64,000 nucleotides of DNA from Thermonemataceae bacterium (GTDB lineage: Bacteria > Bacteroidota > Bacteroidia > Cytophagales > Thermonemataceae), in assembly GCA_033762275.1 (NCBI GenBank), contig JANRLU010000092.1, positions 32,479 through 96,478 on the forward strand, in the 5' to 3' direction. The number at the start of each line of letters is the position of its first letter. Position 1 is the first letter of the stretch. Of this stretch, positions 9,003 through 17,139 are shown in pieces. Under the pieces are notes generated by a model that worked only from the letters and a program-made list of their open reading frames with translations, was not told the DNA's origin and searched no databases. The translations under genes and the position numbers were made by a program.

Positions 9003-10427
9003 ATGAGCAATCATTTAGAAGAAGGCAAAAAATTCTTAGATACCGTAATGTATTATTACGATAAGGCTGCCAAACATACGGGTTTATCCAGTGGTTTGTT
9101 GGAGAGAATTAGGCATTGTAATAATGTCTATAAAGTTACTTTTCCCGTTGAGATTGACGGAGAAATCCACAACATAGAAGGTATACGCGTACAACACAGC
9201 AACCACAAACTTCCTACGAAAGGAGGTATCAGATACAGCGAAGCAGTTTCAGAAGATGAAGTAAAGGCTTTGGCAACCCTTATGACCTTCAAGTGTGCTG
9301 TAGTAAACGTACCCTTTGGAGGAGCGAAAGGCGGGGTGAAAATTGACCCTCGTACAGTTTCGGAGAAGGTATTGGAGAAAGTTACTCGCCGTTTTGCAAC
9401 GGAACTTATCAAAAAGAATCTTATCGGACCAGCCGTTGACGTCCCCGCCCCCGATTATGGAACAAGCGGCAGAGAAATGGGCTGGATTGCAGATACTTAT
9501 ATGACTTTTAAATTTGGCGATACTGATGCTCAAGGATGCGTTACGGGAAAACCCATTGGTATTGGTGGAATTAGAGGGCGTACAGAAGCCACTGGTTTAG
9601 GCGTTTTCTTTGGTATCAGAGAGTTTTTTAGCTTTGAAGAAGATACAAAAAAAATAGGTTTGACCAAAGGTATAGAAGGAAAAACTGTCATTGTACAAGG
9701 ATTTGGTAATGTAGGATATCACTCTGCAAAGTTTCTCAGCGAAGCGGGAGCCAAAGTAATCGGCATTGCAGAGTACGAAGGTGGTGTGTATAATGCTGAT
9801 GGATTAGATATTGAGGCAGTTTTTCAACACAGAAAGAATACAAAATCTATCTTGAATTTCCCAGGAGCTACCAATGTAGAAAAAGGGCTTGATTTATTAG
9901 AGATGGAATGTGATATCCTTATCCCTGCCGCTTTAGAAAATCAAATTACTATTGATAATGCAGATAAAATAAAGGCTAAAATAATCGCTGAAGCTGCCAA
10001 CGGACCTGTTACGATGAAAGCTGAGCAAATTTTGTTGGCAAAAGGTGTGGTTATTATCCCAGATTTGTACCTCAACGCAGGTGGTGTAACGGTTTCTTAT
10101 TTTGAGTGGCTCAAAAATCTTTCTAACGTTCGTTTCGGAAGAATGGGCAAACGTGCTGAGGAAAAAAGCTACAATAAAATTGTAGATAAAATGGAGGCTC
10201 TCACAGGACAGAAATTAAGTTTTGAAGAACGCTCTTCTATCACGCAAGGAGCAGACGAAGAAGATATCGTTCGTTCTGGTTTGGAAGATACAATGATTGG
10301 CTCTTACAGAGAAATTCGCGAGGCTCTTGTCAATAAACCTGAATTGGAAGACTTGAGAACAGCCGCTTTCTATGTATCTATTCGTAAAATAGCTCTTAGT
10401 TACCAAATGTTGGGTATTTTCCCTTAA
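9003..10427 (+). CDS. Glu/Leu/Phe/Val-family glutamate dehydrogenase
   Basis: 474 aa with the catalytic region VPFGGAKGGVKIDP and the Rossmann motif VQGFGNVGYH. Confidence 0.9.
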   Translation: MSNHLEEGKKFLDTVMYYYDKAAKHTGLSSGLLERIRHCNNVYKVTFPVEIDGEIHNIEGIRVQHSNHKLPTKGGIRYSEAVSEDEVKALATLMTFKCAVVNVPFGGAKGGVKIDPRTVSEKVLEKVTRRFATELIKKNLIGPAVDVPAPDYGTSGREMGWIADTYMTFKFGDTDAQGCVTGKPIGIGGIRGRTEATGLGVFFGIREFFSFEEDTKKIGLTKGIEGKTVIVQGFGNVGYHSAKFLSEAGAKVIGIAEYEGGVYNADGLDIEAVFQHRKNTKSILNFPGATNVEKGLDLLEMECDILIPAALENQITIDNADKIKAKIIAEAANGPVTMKAEQILLAKGVVIIPDLYLNAGGVTVSYFEWLKNLSNVRFGRMGKRAEEKSYNKIVDKMEALTGQKLSFEERSSITQGADEEDIVRSGLEDTMIGSYREIREALVNKPELEDLRTAAFYVSIRKIALSYQMLGIFP

Positions 10428-10430
10428 TCT

Positions 10431-10468
10431 AAAAAGGCTCTACCACACAAAGTGATAGAGCCTTTTTA
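10431..10468. terminator. bidirectional terminator-like hairpin
   Basis: AAAAAGGCTCTA ... TAGAGCCTTTTT between the convergent gdh and lipoprotein genes. Confidence 0.5.
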
Positions 10469-10484
10469 TTTATTATTCCAACAA

Positions 10485-11201
10485 CTATTTGTTTCTTTCA
10501 ATTATATCTCTTAACTTAGTTTTTGCCTGATTATCAACTACCGAGAGCTCCTGTAGCATCTGTTTAAAGGAATTGTGCTCTTCTGGAATTTGGCTTATTT
10601 CGTTGCTGTTTATATCCAAATATCCATCTTCGTTGTAAGAGTCATAATTTGTCAAGATAACTTCTGCTGTTTGTATCACCTTCGTATTATTCCAATAGCC
10701 TTCTAATTTCTCTACGGCATCAGCCAATTCAGGCAAATTTGTATTTTTTACGGCTATTAGCATTTCCATATAGCTGGCAAGTAATGCTTTCTCAGATTCT
10801 GTAAGTGATGTTTTGCGTAAAAAAAAGACTTTTAAAGCTCCGTAACCCGCCCAATTTTTAGAAAAAGAAGTAATACTTGGAGGATTGTTTTGTTGTGCAT
10901 TCAAGTAATTCTGAAAACGCATATCCATTTGTACCATGTTTATACTATCTACGGGCTTTTTGTATAATTCTGTGAGATATTCGTTTATACTTCCTTCTCT
11001 TTCTGCAAAGGCATTATCACTTTGCAAAAGAGACAAATAAGGTTCTGACTGGCAATCACAACGCATCTCAAAAGAAATATTGGCGTTCATTTCTCTACCT
11101 TCCTGCATTTTCAGTAAAGATAAATCCATCTTGCTCACCTCTGATTTGTTGCAAGCAACAATTAAACTCAGCAATGAGAAAAAAACTAATAAAAATCTCA
11201 T
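10485..11201 (-). CDS. lipoprotein, function unknown
   Basis: 238 aa with a signal peptide plus lipobox (LIVAC). Confidence 0.7.
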   Translation of the reverse strand: MRFLLVFFSLLSLIVACNKSEVSKMDLSLLKMQEGREMNANISFEMRCDCQSEPYLSLLQSDNAFAEREGSINEYLTELYKKPVDSINMVQMDMRFQNYLNAQQNNPPSITSFSKNWAGYGALKVFFLRKTSLTESEKALLASYMEMLIAVKNTNLPELADAVEKLEGYWNNTKVIQTAEVILTNYDSYNEDGYLDINSNEISQIPEEHNSFKQMLQELSVVDNQAKTKLRDIIERNK

Positions 11202-11227
11202 AATTTTATATTTTTTAGGTTAGAAAA

Positions 11228-11428
11228 TTAAGAACGAGAAATTCTTGTTTGCTTATATTTGAGGACTTTACCACCTTTTGTCCAAATCTCAACATGATTA
11301 TTGCCAATCGTAAAAGTCGCATAACAGTAAATAGGTCCGTTAAAAAATTGCCAGCAAAGAGTATCAGCCTTGGAAGTGGGCATGTTAATCGCCATAAAAA
11401 CGAGTATAACAATTATAATATTTTCCAT
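11228..11428 (-). CDS. small secreted protein (66 aa), function unknown
   Basis: Hydrophobic N-terminus. Shares a W-Q..F.G...Y......G.....W.KG pattern with the frameshifted ORF immediately upstream. Confidence 0.4.
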   Translation of the reverse strand: MENIIIVILVFMAINMPTSKADTLCWQFFNGPIYCYATFTIGNNHVEIWTKGGKVLKYKQTRISRS

Positions 11429-11628
11429 GTTTTTCTTTGATTTTTTCGGTCAGGAACATAAATCGCCATAAATACATTTTTCCCTTTCCAAGCGACACCC
11501 GTAATGGTAGATCCACCTGGCAAAGTATTACTATAAAAGCATAGGTCACCAAAACAAATCTGCCAACTCATCAACACCACGGCAATAAGAGGCAGTAAAA
11601 ACAGTAGCTTTTTTTTTCTTTACCTTCA
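11413..11628 (-). pseudogene. paralogous small secreted protein ORF interrupted at a T9/A9 homopolymer
   Basis: ATG AAG GTA AAG then A9 (plus-strand T9 at 11608-11616). The signal-peptide frame (LLFLLPLIAVVLMSWQICFGDLCFY...WKGKNV...) is +1 relative to the ATG. Loss of one A restores MKVKKKKLLFLL... Confidence 0.3.
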
Positions 11629-11661
11629 TACACAATAATTTGATTTTGAACACATTACAAA

Positions 11662-11700
11662 TATAAAAAAAGAAAAAATATAAAAAAAGAAAAAATATAA
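11662..11700. repeat. 17-bp tandem repeat x2.3 (TATAAAAAAAGAAAAAA)
   Basis: Direct reading: units at 11662-11678 and 11679-11695, plus a partial TATAA. Confidence 0.75.
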
Positions 11701-11816
11701 TTTTCAAATACTTGATTATCAATACTTTATTTAGTTAAAATAAAATTCTATTTGCCAAATAATTGCAAGTTATTTGTATTTAATGTTCTTTTGGTAAAGA
11801 TTTCTTAACGTCCTGT

Positions 11817-12896
11817 ATGTTGGCTATTCTGAACTTTATCTACTATCTCAGTTTTACGCTTATTTTAGTGCTTATTACTTTTTATGCAGAGCGTAAATTA
11901 GCCGCTTTTATACAAGATAGAATGGGTCCAACTGAGGTCGGTAAATATGGCTTGCTCCAACCTTTCGCAGATTTGCTCAAACTTTTACAAAAAGAAGATA
12001 TAGTTCCCGCAGGAGCGGATAAAAAACTATTTCTTTTAGCTCCCATAGTGATATTTCCCGCAGTCTTTGCTGCCATTAGCGTTATTCCTTTAAGTCCTCG
12101 TTTGCAAGGGGCGTCTCTGGAAATTGGCATTTTTGTACTTCTGGCAATCGTTGCCTTAGATGTAGTTGGCTTATTGATGGCGGGTTGGGGCTCGCATAAC
12201 AAATACGCTTTGTATGGAGCAATGCGTTCAGTAGCTCAAATGGTTTCTTATGAAGTTCCGCTCACGCTTAGTGTTTTGAGCGTTGTTGTTCTCTCTCAGA
12301 GTATGGATTTGAGAGAAATTGCCCTAAGTCAGGGGATTTATACCGAAAACGATAGCTATTTTTGGGGAATAAAATCGCTAAATGTGAAAGAAATAGGCGG
12401 TTTTTTAAGTTGGAATATTTTTAAAGTTCCTTTTCTATGGCTTGCTTATATTATTTTTTTTATTGCAACATTGGCAGAGTCCAATAGAGCCCCTTTTGAT
12501 TTGCCCGAAGGCGAATCAGAATTGGTAGGAGGTTTTCATACGGAATATTCTGGTTTCAGATTTGCAATTTTCTTTTTGGCAGAATACACCATGATGATTT
12601 TAGTCAGCTTGCTGGGCATTATCTTATTTTGGGGAGCTTGGAACACTCCTTTCCCCAACATAGCGGGGTTTCGGCTTGCCACTTGGACTACAGGCGAGGC
12701 AGGCAGTTTAGCCGAAGGTTTTTGGGCTATTTTTTGGTTAAGCAGCAAAACCGTCCTCGTATTATTTTTGCAGGTAATTATCCGCTGGACTTACCCCCGC
12801 CTACGCATAGACCAGCTAATGTATTTGGCTTGGAAAGTGCTTACACCTATAGCTTTGCTTATTTTGCTGTTAAGTGCAGTTTGGAGAGTTATTTAG
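11817..12896 (+). CDS. nuoH: NADH-quinone oxidoreductase subunit H
   Basis: 359 aa, 8 TM helices, with NuoH/ND1 signatures (AERKLAAFIQDRMGP, ESNRAPFDLPEGESELVGGFHTEYSG). Confidence 0.9.
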   Translation: MLAILNFIYYLSFTLILVLITFYAERKLAAFIQDRMGPTEVGKYGLLQPFADLLKLLQKEDIVPAGADKKLFLLAPIVIFPAVFAAISVIPLSPRLQGASLEIGIFVLLAIVALDVVGLLMAGWGSHNKYALYGAMRSVAQMVSYEVPLTLSVLSVVVLSQSMDLREIALSQGIYTENDSYFWGIKSLNVKEIGGFLSWNIFKVPFLWLAYIIFFIATLAESNRAPFDLPEGESELVGGFHTEYSGFRFAIFFLAEYTMMILVSLLGIILFWGAWNTPFPNIAGFRLATWTTGEAGSLAEGFWAIFWLSSKTVLVLFLQVIIRWTYPRLRIDQLMYLAWKVLTPIALLILLLSAVWRVI

Positions 12897-13006
12897 CAGA
12901 AATTTATCAAGCATAAACAGAGATTTTTTCCACAAGCAACACAAAAATACCTGCAAAATATATTCTAATAATAATTATATGCTTTTATTAAAATAGTGCA
13001 ATTTTT

Positions 13007-13053
13007 GAAAAAAGTTTGAAAAAAGTTTGAAAAAAGTTTGAAAAAAGTTTGAA
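13007..13053. repeat. 11-bp tandem repeat x4 (GAAAAAAGTTT), phased A-tracts
   Basis: Units at 13007, 13018, 13029 and 13040 plus a partial GA(A). They lie about 80 nt upstream of the ATG at 13132. Confidence 0.85.
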
Positions 13054-13131
13054 TCTGTAATTTCTTTGTATCAAGAAATTTTTTGAGCTCAAAATTTCGA
13101 GTTTTACTTTCAAATTTTAATTTTCAAACCA

Positions 13132-13506
13132 ATGAAAAAATTTATTTTTATTGCTTCCTTATTGTGTGCCACTAATTTTGACTCAATGGCACATGATCAA
13201 ATACAAAGTACAGAAAAATCTTTTGCTAAACTTGACCCTGTAACTGAGAAAAAGAAAGTTAACATCACCTTACATATTGGAGGATATACGGTTCATCTTA
13301 CAGGAGTTTTGCAAGTTCATATTTTACAAGGAACAGTAACATTTGATGGCACCTTAGCAATTTCAGGTAATGGTATCTCCATTTCTTTACCTATCCACTA
13401 TTACGGTGATGGAAATGATAGAGTGATTATCAACGCTTCAATGAGCGAAATGGAAATCGCAGAAACTCTTGCTTACCATTATCTTGCAGAACTCGGTCTA
13501 TTATAG
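13132..13506 (+). CDS. small secreted protein, function unknown
   Basis: 124 aa with an N-terminal signal peptide (FIASLLCATNF). Confidence 0.6.
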   Translation: MKKFIFIASLLCATNFDSMAHDQIQSTEKSFAKLDPVTEKKKVNITLHIGGYTVHLTGVLQVHILQGTVTFDGTLAISGNGISISLPIHYYGDGNDRVIINASMSEMEIAETLAYHYLAELGLL

Positions 13507-13517
13507 TTATCAAACTC

Positions 13518-13547
13518 CATTGGTAGTAGAGAAATCTACTACCAATG
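13518..13547 (+). promoter_or_regulatory. perfect 12-bp hairpin that sequesters the ATG of the 13545 ORF
   Basis: CATTGGTAGTAG-agaaat-CTACTACCAATG. The last three stem nucleotides are the ATG at 13545-13547. Confidence 0.4.
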
Positions 13548-14177
13548 CTAAAATTATTAAAACAGATGAAATCCTTTGTTTTCTTTGTGCAAATGTATCT
13601 TTTTGCTATTCCGTTGGCGAGTGCTCAGAGTAGCTATAAATACACTTATTTTGGTGAAATAAGTATTAACGTAGCAACTAAAAATTACACAGAAGTAGAC
13701 TTAAATGTTCCCATGAAAGTCAAATTTAGGTTACGTAACATACAAAACTCAAAATATTCATTAGTGATTATTGATAATTACGAGAGCGAATCAAACTATT
13801 TCATTAAAAATGAAAGTGATACCTTAATTTTTGATTTAAAAAATAGATATGTCTTTGACTTTTCATCAAAAAAGAAGCATCATTACACAAAAATTCTTTT
13901 TGATAAATTTGAAAGAAAGAAAGATAACAATAATATATTATATAGCAATAAAAATCAATATATTTTTCTTGATAAAAAATTGAAAAAATCATCAGTTCCT
14001 TTACCCATATTTGAGTACGAAGAAGATTTTGGCATATCTAAAATTCAGTCAAAGAGCCACGAAATTGTATTTTCATCACGAGAAAAAACCTCCATTGATA
14101 TTGACGATTTTTTAGAAAAAACGAAAAGTTTCACATACGAAAATGCCGCCTACGAGTTTTCGCTTTTCAAAAACTAA
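13545..14177 (+). CDS. Asn/Lys/Phe-rich secreted protein, function unknown
   Basis: 210 aa with a signal peptide (AIPLASAQ) and very AT-rich coding DNA. An alternative start lies at 13566. Confidence 0.6.
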   Translation: MLKLLKQMKSFVFFVQMYLFAIPLASAQSSYKYTYFGEISINVATKNYTEVDLNVPMKVKFRLRNIQNSKYSLVIIDNYESESNYFIKNESDTLIFDLKNRYVFDFSSKKKHHYTKILFDKFERKKDNNNILYSNKNQYIFLDKKLKKSSVPLPIFEYEEDFGISKIQSKSHEIVFSSREKTSIDIDDFLEKTKSFTYENAAYEFSLFKN

Positions 14178-14193
14178 CTCTAAGCGTATAAAA

Positions 14194-14961
14194 TTATTTC
14201 TCCACTACATACCACAAATCTAAGGCTTCATCACTTGCTGGGGCTAAAAAGTAATCTTTATAGTCTATTTCAAGGGCAAGGCTATTGCTATCAGCTAATT
14301 TCTTTCTGTTGAGCCTATTAAGGAAATCGTAAGGGATTTGCAATGCCCAACGAGGTAAATTTTGCTCCAAATTAAAAATATCTAATTTCTTGTATTTAGC
14401 CACTGATTTTCTGTTCTGTTCGTGGTAATTCATTACCTTCTCATTACCGAAAACGCCCATTTTTTCTATCTTAGCAAAATCTTTTTGTAGTAGTTTTTCC
14501 AAACTCTCTTTTGTGTATTCCCTTATATGCCAAGGATTTCTGCTAAGGCTTTGTTTGATATTGGGCGTGCTAATAATAGCCTTTCCACCTTTTTTCAGCA
14601 CTCTTGCTATTTCTTTTACAAACAAATCATCATTTTGGATATGCTCTATCACCTGAAAAGTTATCACAAAATCAAAGGTTTCAGATGGCAAAGAACTTAA
14701 AGGCGGTATATGGCTATTGATAAATTGATGTTTGGGGTATTTCTCTGCGAGTTGCTCTATCAGCTTTTCATTTTTATCTATGGCTGTGTAACGCTCACAA
14801 TGCTCCAAAACCAAAGATAAAGCTCGCCCCATACCACAACCTATTTCCAACACATTACCCGAAAGCAATTCTGTGGCTTTGTAATAAGCAAAAAACAACC
14901 GCTGATGAATGGGATTATCAGAAGCTATCTCGTGAGAAGTTATTTCAGTAGTAGAAAACAT
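14194..14961 (-). CDS. class I SAM-dependent methyltransferase
   Basis: Motif I VLEIGCGMGR, followed by DFVITFQVIEH. Confidence 0.8.
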   Translation of the reverse strand: MFSTTEITSHEIASDNPIHQRLFFAYYKATELLSGNVLEIGCGMGRALSLVLEHCERYTAIDKNEKLIEQLAEKYPKHQFINSHIPPLSSLPSETFDFVITFQVIEHIQNDDLFVKEIARVLKKGGKAIISTPNIKQSLSRNPWHIREYTKESLEKLLQKDFAKIEKMGVFGNEKVMNYHEQNRKSVAKYKKLDIFNLEQNLPRWALQIPYDFLNRLNRKKLADSNSLALEIDYKDYFLAPASDEALDLWYVVEK

Positions 14962-14978
14962 ATTTTTTTGGCGTAAAA

Positions 14979-15962
14979 TTATATATTTTTTTGCAAATAA
15001 AGAATGGATTGCTCTACTTCTTCTATTTCTTTGCTCACATTCATTTTTTCGGATAATTTTAATAAATTTTCTTTAAGTCTATGTAGAAATTGTAAATGAG
15101 CCTCCGAATGAGGATTAAAAGGCTTATGTTTATACTGCTTGTCTATTTTATCCCAAATTGAAAACAAATATAAGGTTTCTTGCTCAAAAAAAGTTTCTGC
15201 GAAATGCTCCCAAATATAATTTTCAGCTTGTGCGTTCGGGTGAATAAGGTCTTCAGCATAAAAGCGATAATCTCTCAAATCATCATTAAGCAACTCAAAA
15301 GATGGAAAATAAAAAATATTTTCATACTTTTGGCTAAGATAATGGCAAGCCAAACGCAAAACTGATTTGCTCACGGCATTCAAAGGAAGTGTGTCTTTTG
15401 TATGTCTTACAGGGCTGAGTGTGAGGATAATTTGTTTATTTTTTAGATAAGTGATAATTTTTTCAAAATTCTCCAAAATTTCTTCTACACTTAGTAAGCG
15501 TTTTTGAAAAAGATTTTGTGGCATTTTATGGCAGTTTGCCACCACACGCCCACTTTGTAGATGCTCATAGACCCAAGCCGTCCCCAAAGTAATAATAATA
15601 ACCTGACAATCAGTCAAAAAATGCTGTGTATCTGTTATTTTTTGGTGGATAAGCCCTTGCAAATCCCCCAATTTTGTACTTTTTAGCTCCGAATGAAAAT
15701 CATAGTGATAGTAAATCTGTTCTGGATTTTTTAAGAAACCTTCTTGCCAAAGATTTTCTTGTTTGCCAAGAAGCGAAAACACTCTAACAATAGAAATCGG
15801 GTTAAAAAGCGTTCCAAAAGGATTAGCTAAAACGCTGCATTTGTAGTACGTAAGTTTTTGAGCTATTGTTTGAGCAAAACAAGAACCCACACTAAAAAAA
15901 GAACTTTGATGATGAAAAGGGAAGGGAGGTTTTTCTATTTTGAAAGTCGTTCTAAATTGCAT
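14979..15962 (-). CDS. GSCFA-domain protein
   Basis: Literal VGSCFAQ motif near the N-terminus. I use the ATG at 15962, whose A is shared with the TGA of the upstream gene (TGATG). The track start at 15965 is a TTG. Confidence 0.8.
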   Translation of the reverse strand: MQFRTTFKIEKPPFPFHHQSSFFSVGSCFAQTIAQKLTYYKCSVLANPFGTLFNPISIVRVFSLLGKQENLWQEGFLKNPEQIYYHYDFHSELKSTKLGDLQGLIHQKITDTQHFLTDCQVIIITLGTAWVYEHLQSGRVVANCHKMPQNLFQKRLLSVEEILENFEKIITYLKNKQIILTLSPVRHTKDTLPLNAVSKSVLRLACHYLSQKYENIFYFPSFELLNDDLRDYRFYAEDLIHPNAQAENYIWEHFAETFFEQETLYLFSIWDKIDKQYKHKPFNPHSEAHLQFLHRLKENLLKLSEKMNVSKEIEEVEQSILYLQKNI

Positions 15963-16648
15963 CAAGGAAAAATCTTAAAAGCCTCATTAGTAAAAAAATC
16001 TTTTGAAATTTCAGCATACGAGAAACGAATTTTTGCCTTTTTCCCATCAGGGAACGCTTTTTGTGTAGCCCAATTTTCTATATCTTTTTTGGGGGCAAGA
16101 AAGCCATAATTGTAAGCACTCGCCAAAAATACAACTTGTGCTTCTGGTTTCAGCTTACTGAGTTCGGGATATTTTTTAAACATTATGTCCCAAAAATCTC
16201 TCAAATACTGAATTTGTCCTTCCATACTCAAAAGCCTTTTGAGCACCTCTTCCCTTTCTTTTTCGGTTTGAGGTTTAGACTTCCCTTTCTGAAAATCAAT
16301 GCTTTCAGCAAAAGATGGCTTCATTTGAAAATTTCCAACCGAAAAATTGGCATAAGTAGCCCCCCAGCGTATATACAAAGCCCTAAGCAAATGCACTTCT
16401 GCATCATTAGAGAAAGTATTATAGCGTAGAATTTCTGGAAAAACAACAGAAACAGCAATAGCTACCTCTTTAGAAGAAAATTTCTTATCAAAGAAAGATT
16501 TATTTTTTTTTACAAAAACCAAGGCTACCTTGTATTTTTCACCAAAATACGAACGAATGTTTTCCTGAGCTGATGCTGCTAAAGAAAAAAAAGTAATAAT
16601 AAAAACTGAGGCTATAAAGCGTGAAAAAGACAGAGACATTGAAAGCAA
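15962..16648 (-). CDS. secreted protein, function unknown
   Basis: 228 aa with a signal peptide (SLAASAQE). Translationally coupled to the GSCFA gene. Confidence 0.65.
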   Translation of the reverse strand: MLSMSLSFSRFIASVFIITFFSLAASAQENIRSYFGEKYKVALVFVKKNKSFFDKKFSSKEVAIAVSVVFPEILRYNTFSNDAEVHLLRALYIRWGATYANFSVGNFQMKPSFAESIDFQKGKSKPQTEKEREEVLKRLLSMEGQIQYLRDFWDIMFKKYPELSKLKPEAQVVFLASAYNYGFLAPKKDIENWATQKAFPDGKKAKIRFSYAEISKDFFTNEAFKIFP

Positions 16649-16686
16649 CCTGTAAAAATATAGCAGAAGTACTCTGCTATATTTTA

Positions 16687-16983
16687 TTAAAATTCATCTT
16701 CGAAGAATTCTTCTTCCTCGTCATCAAAATCTTCTTCGTCTTCAAGGTCATCATCATCAAAGTCCTCTATCTCTTCTTCTTCAAAGTCTTCTAAGTCCTC
16801 ATCGTCATAATCATCTTCATAATCATCATCAAAGTCGTCATCTTCTTCGTCGTCCAAATCTTCTTCGTCGTCGAAGTCTTCATCATCATCAAACTCATCA
16901 TCATTAGCTAATGAGATACTTCTTTGGGGCTCAGTTGCCCAAAGCAAAAAAAGTGGAAAGAGGTTTCTGTTGAGGTATTGCAT
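16687..16983 (-). CDS. hyperacidic Asp/Glu-repeat protein
   Basis: About 78 C-terminal residues are almost only D/E, with periodic F/Y/L/I. I prefer the ATG at 16983. The track start at 17007 is a TTG that sits inside a TAtcTTTG -7-like box (17005-17012). Confidence 0.5.
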   Translation of the reverse strand: MQYLNRNLFPLFLLWATEPQRSISLANDDEFDDDEDFDDEEDLDDEEDDDFDDDYEDDYDDEDLEDFEEEEIEDFDDDDLEDEEDFDDEEEEFFEDEF

Positions 16984-17139
16984 AAGTTTTTTTATTTTGT
17001 TGCTCAAAGATAAAAAAAAATGAAAAACAAAGATATTTTTTTAAAATTTTAATCTTAAATGTATTCTTTAAAATATAAAATACACAAAAATATGAGCAAA
17101 TTTAGTGCTAAATCCTTACATTTGCATTAAAAAACCCGA

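Noticed and set aside
13007-13053. The short tandem repeats here and at 36616-36663 and 11662-11700, considered as a CRISPR array
   Set aside because: The units are 8-17 bp and directly abut with no spacers, and no cas genes are present. They are simple tandem repeats.
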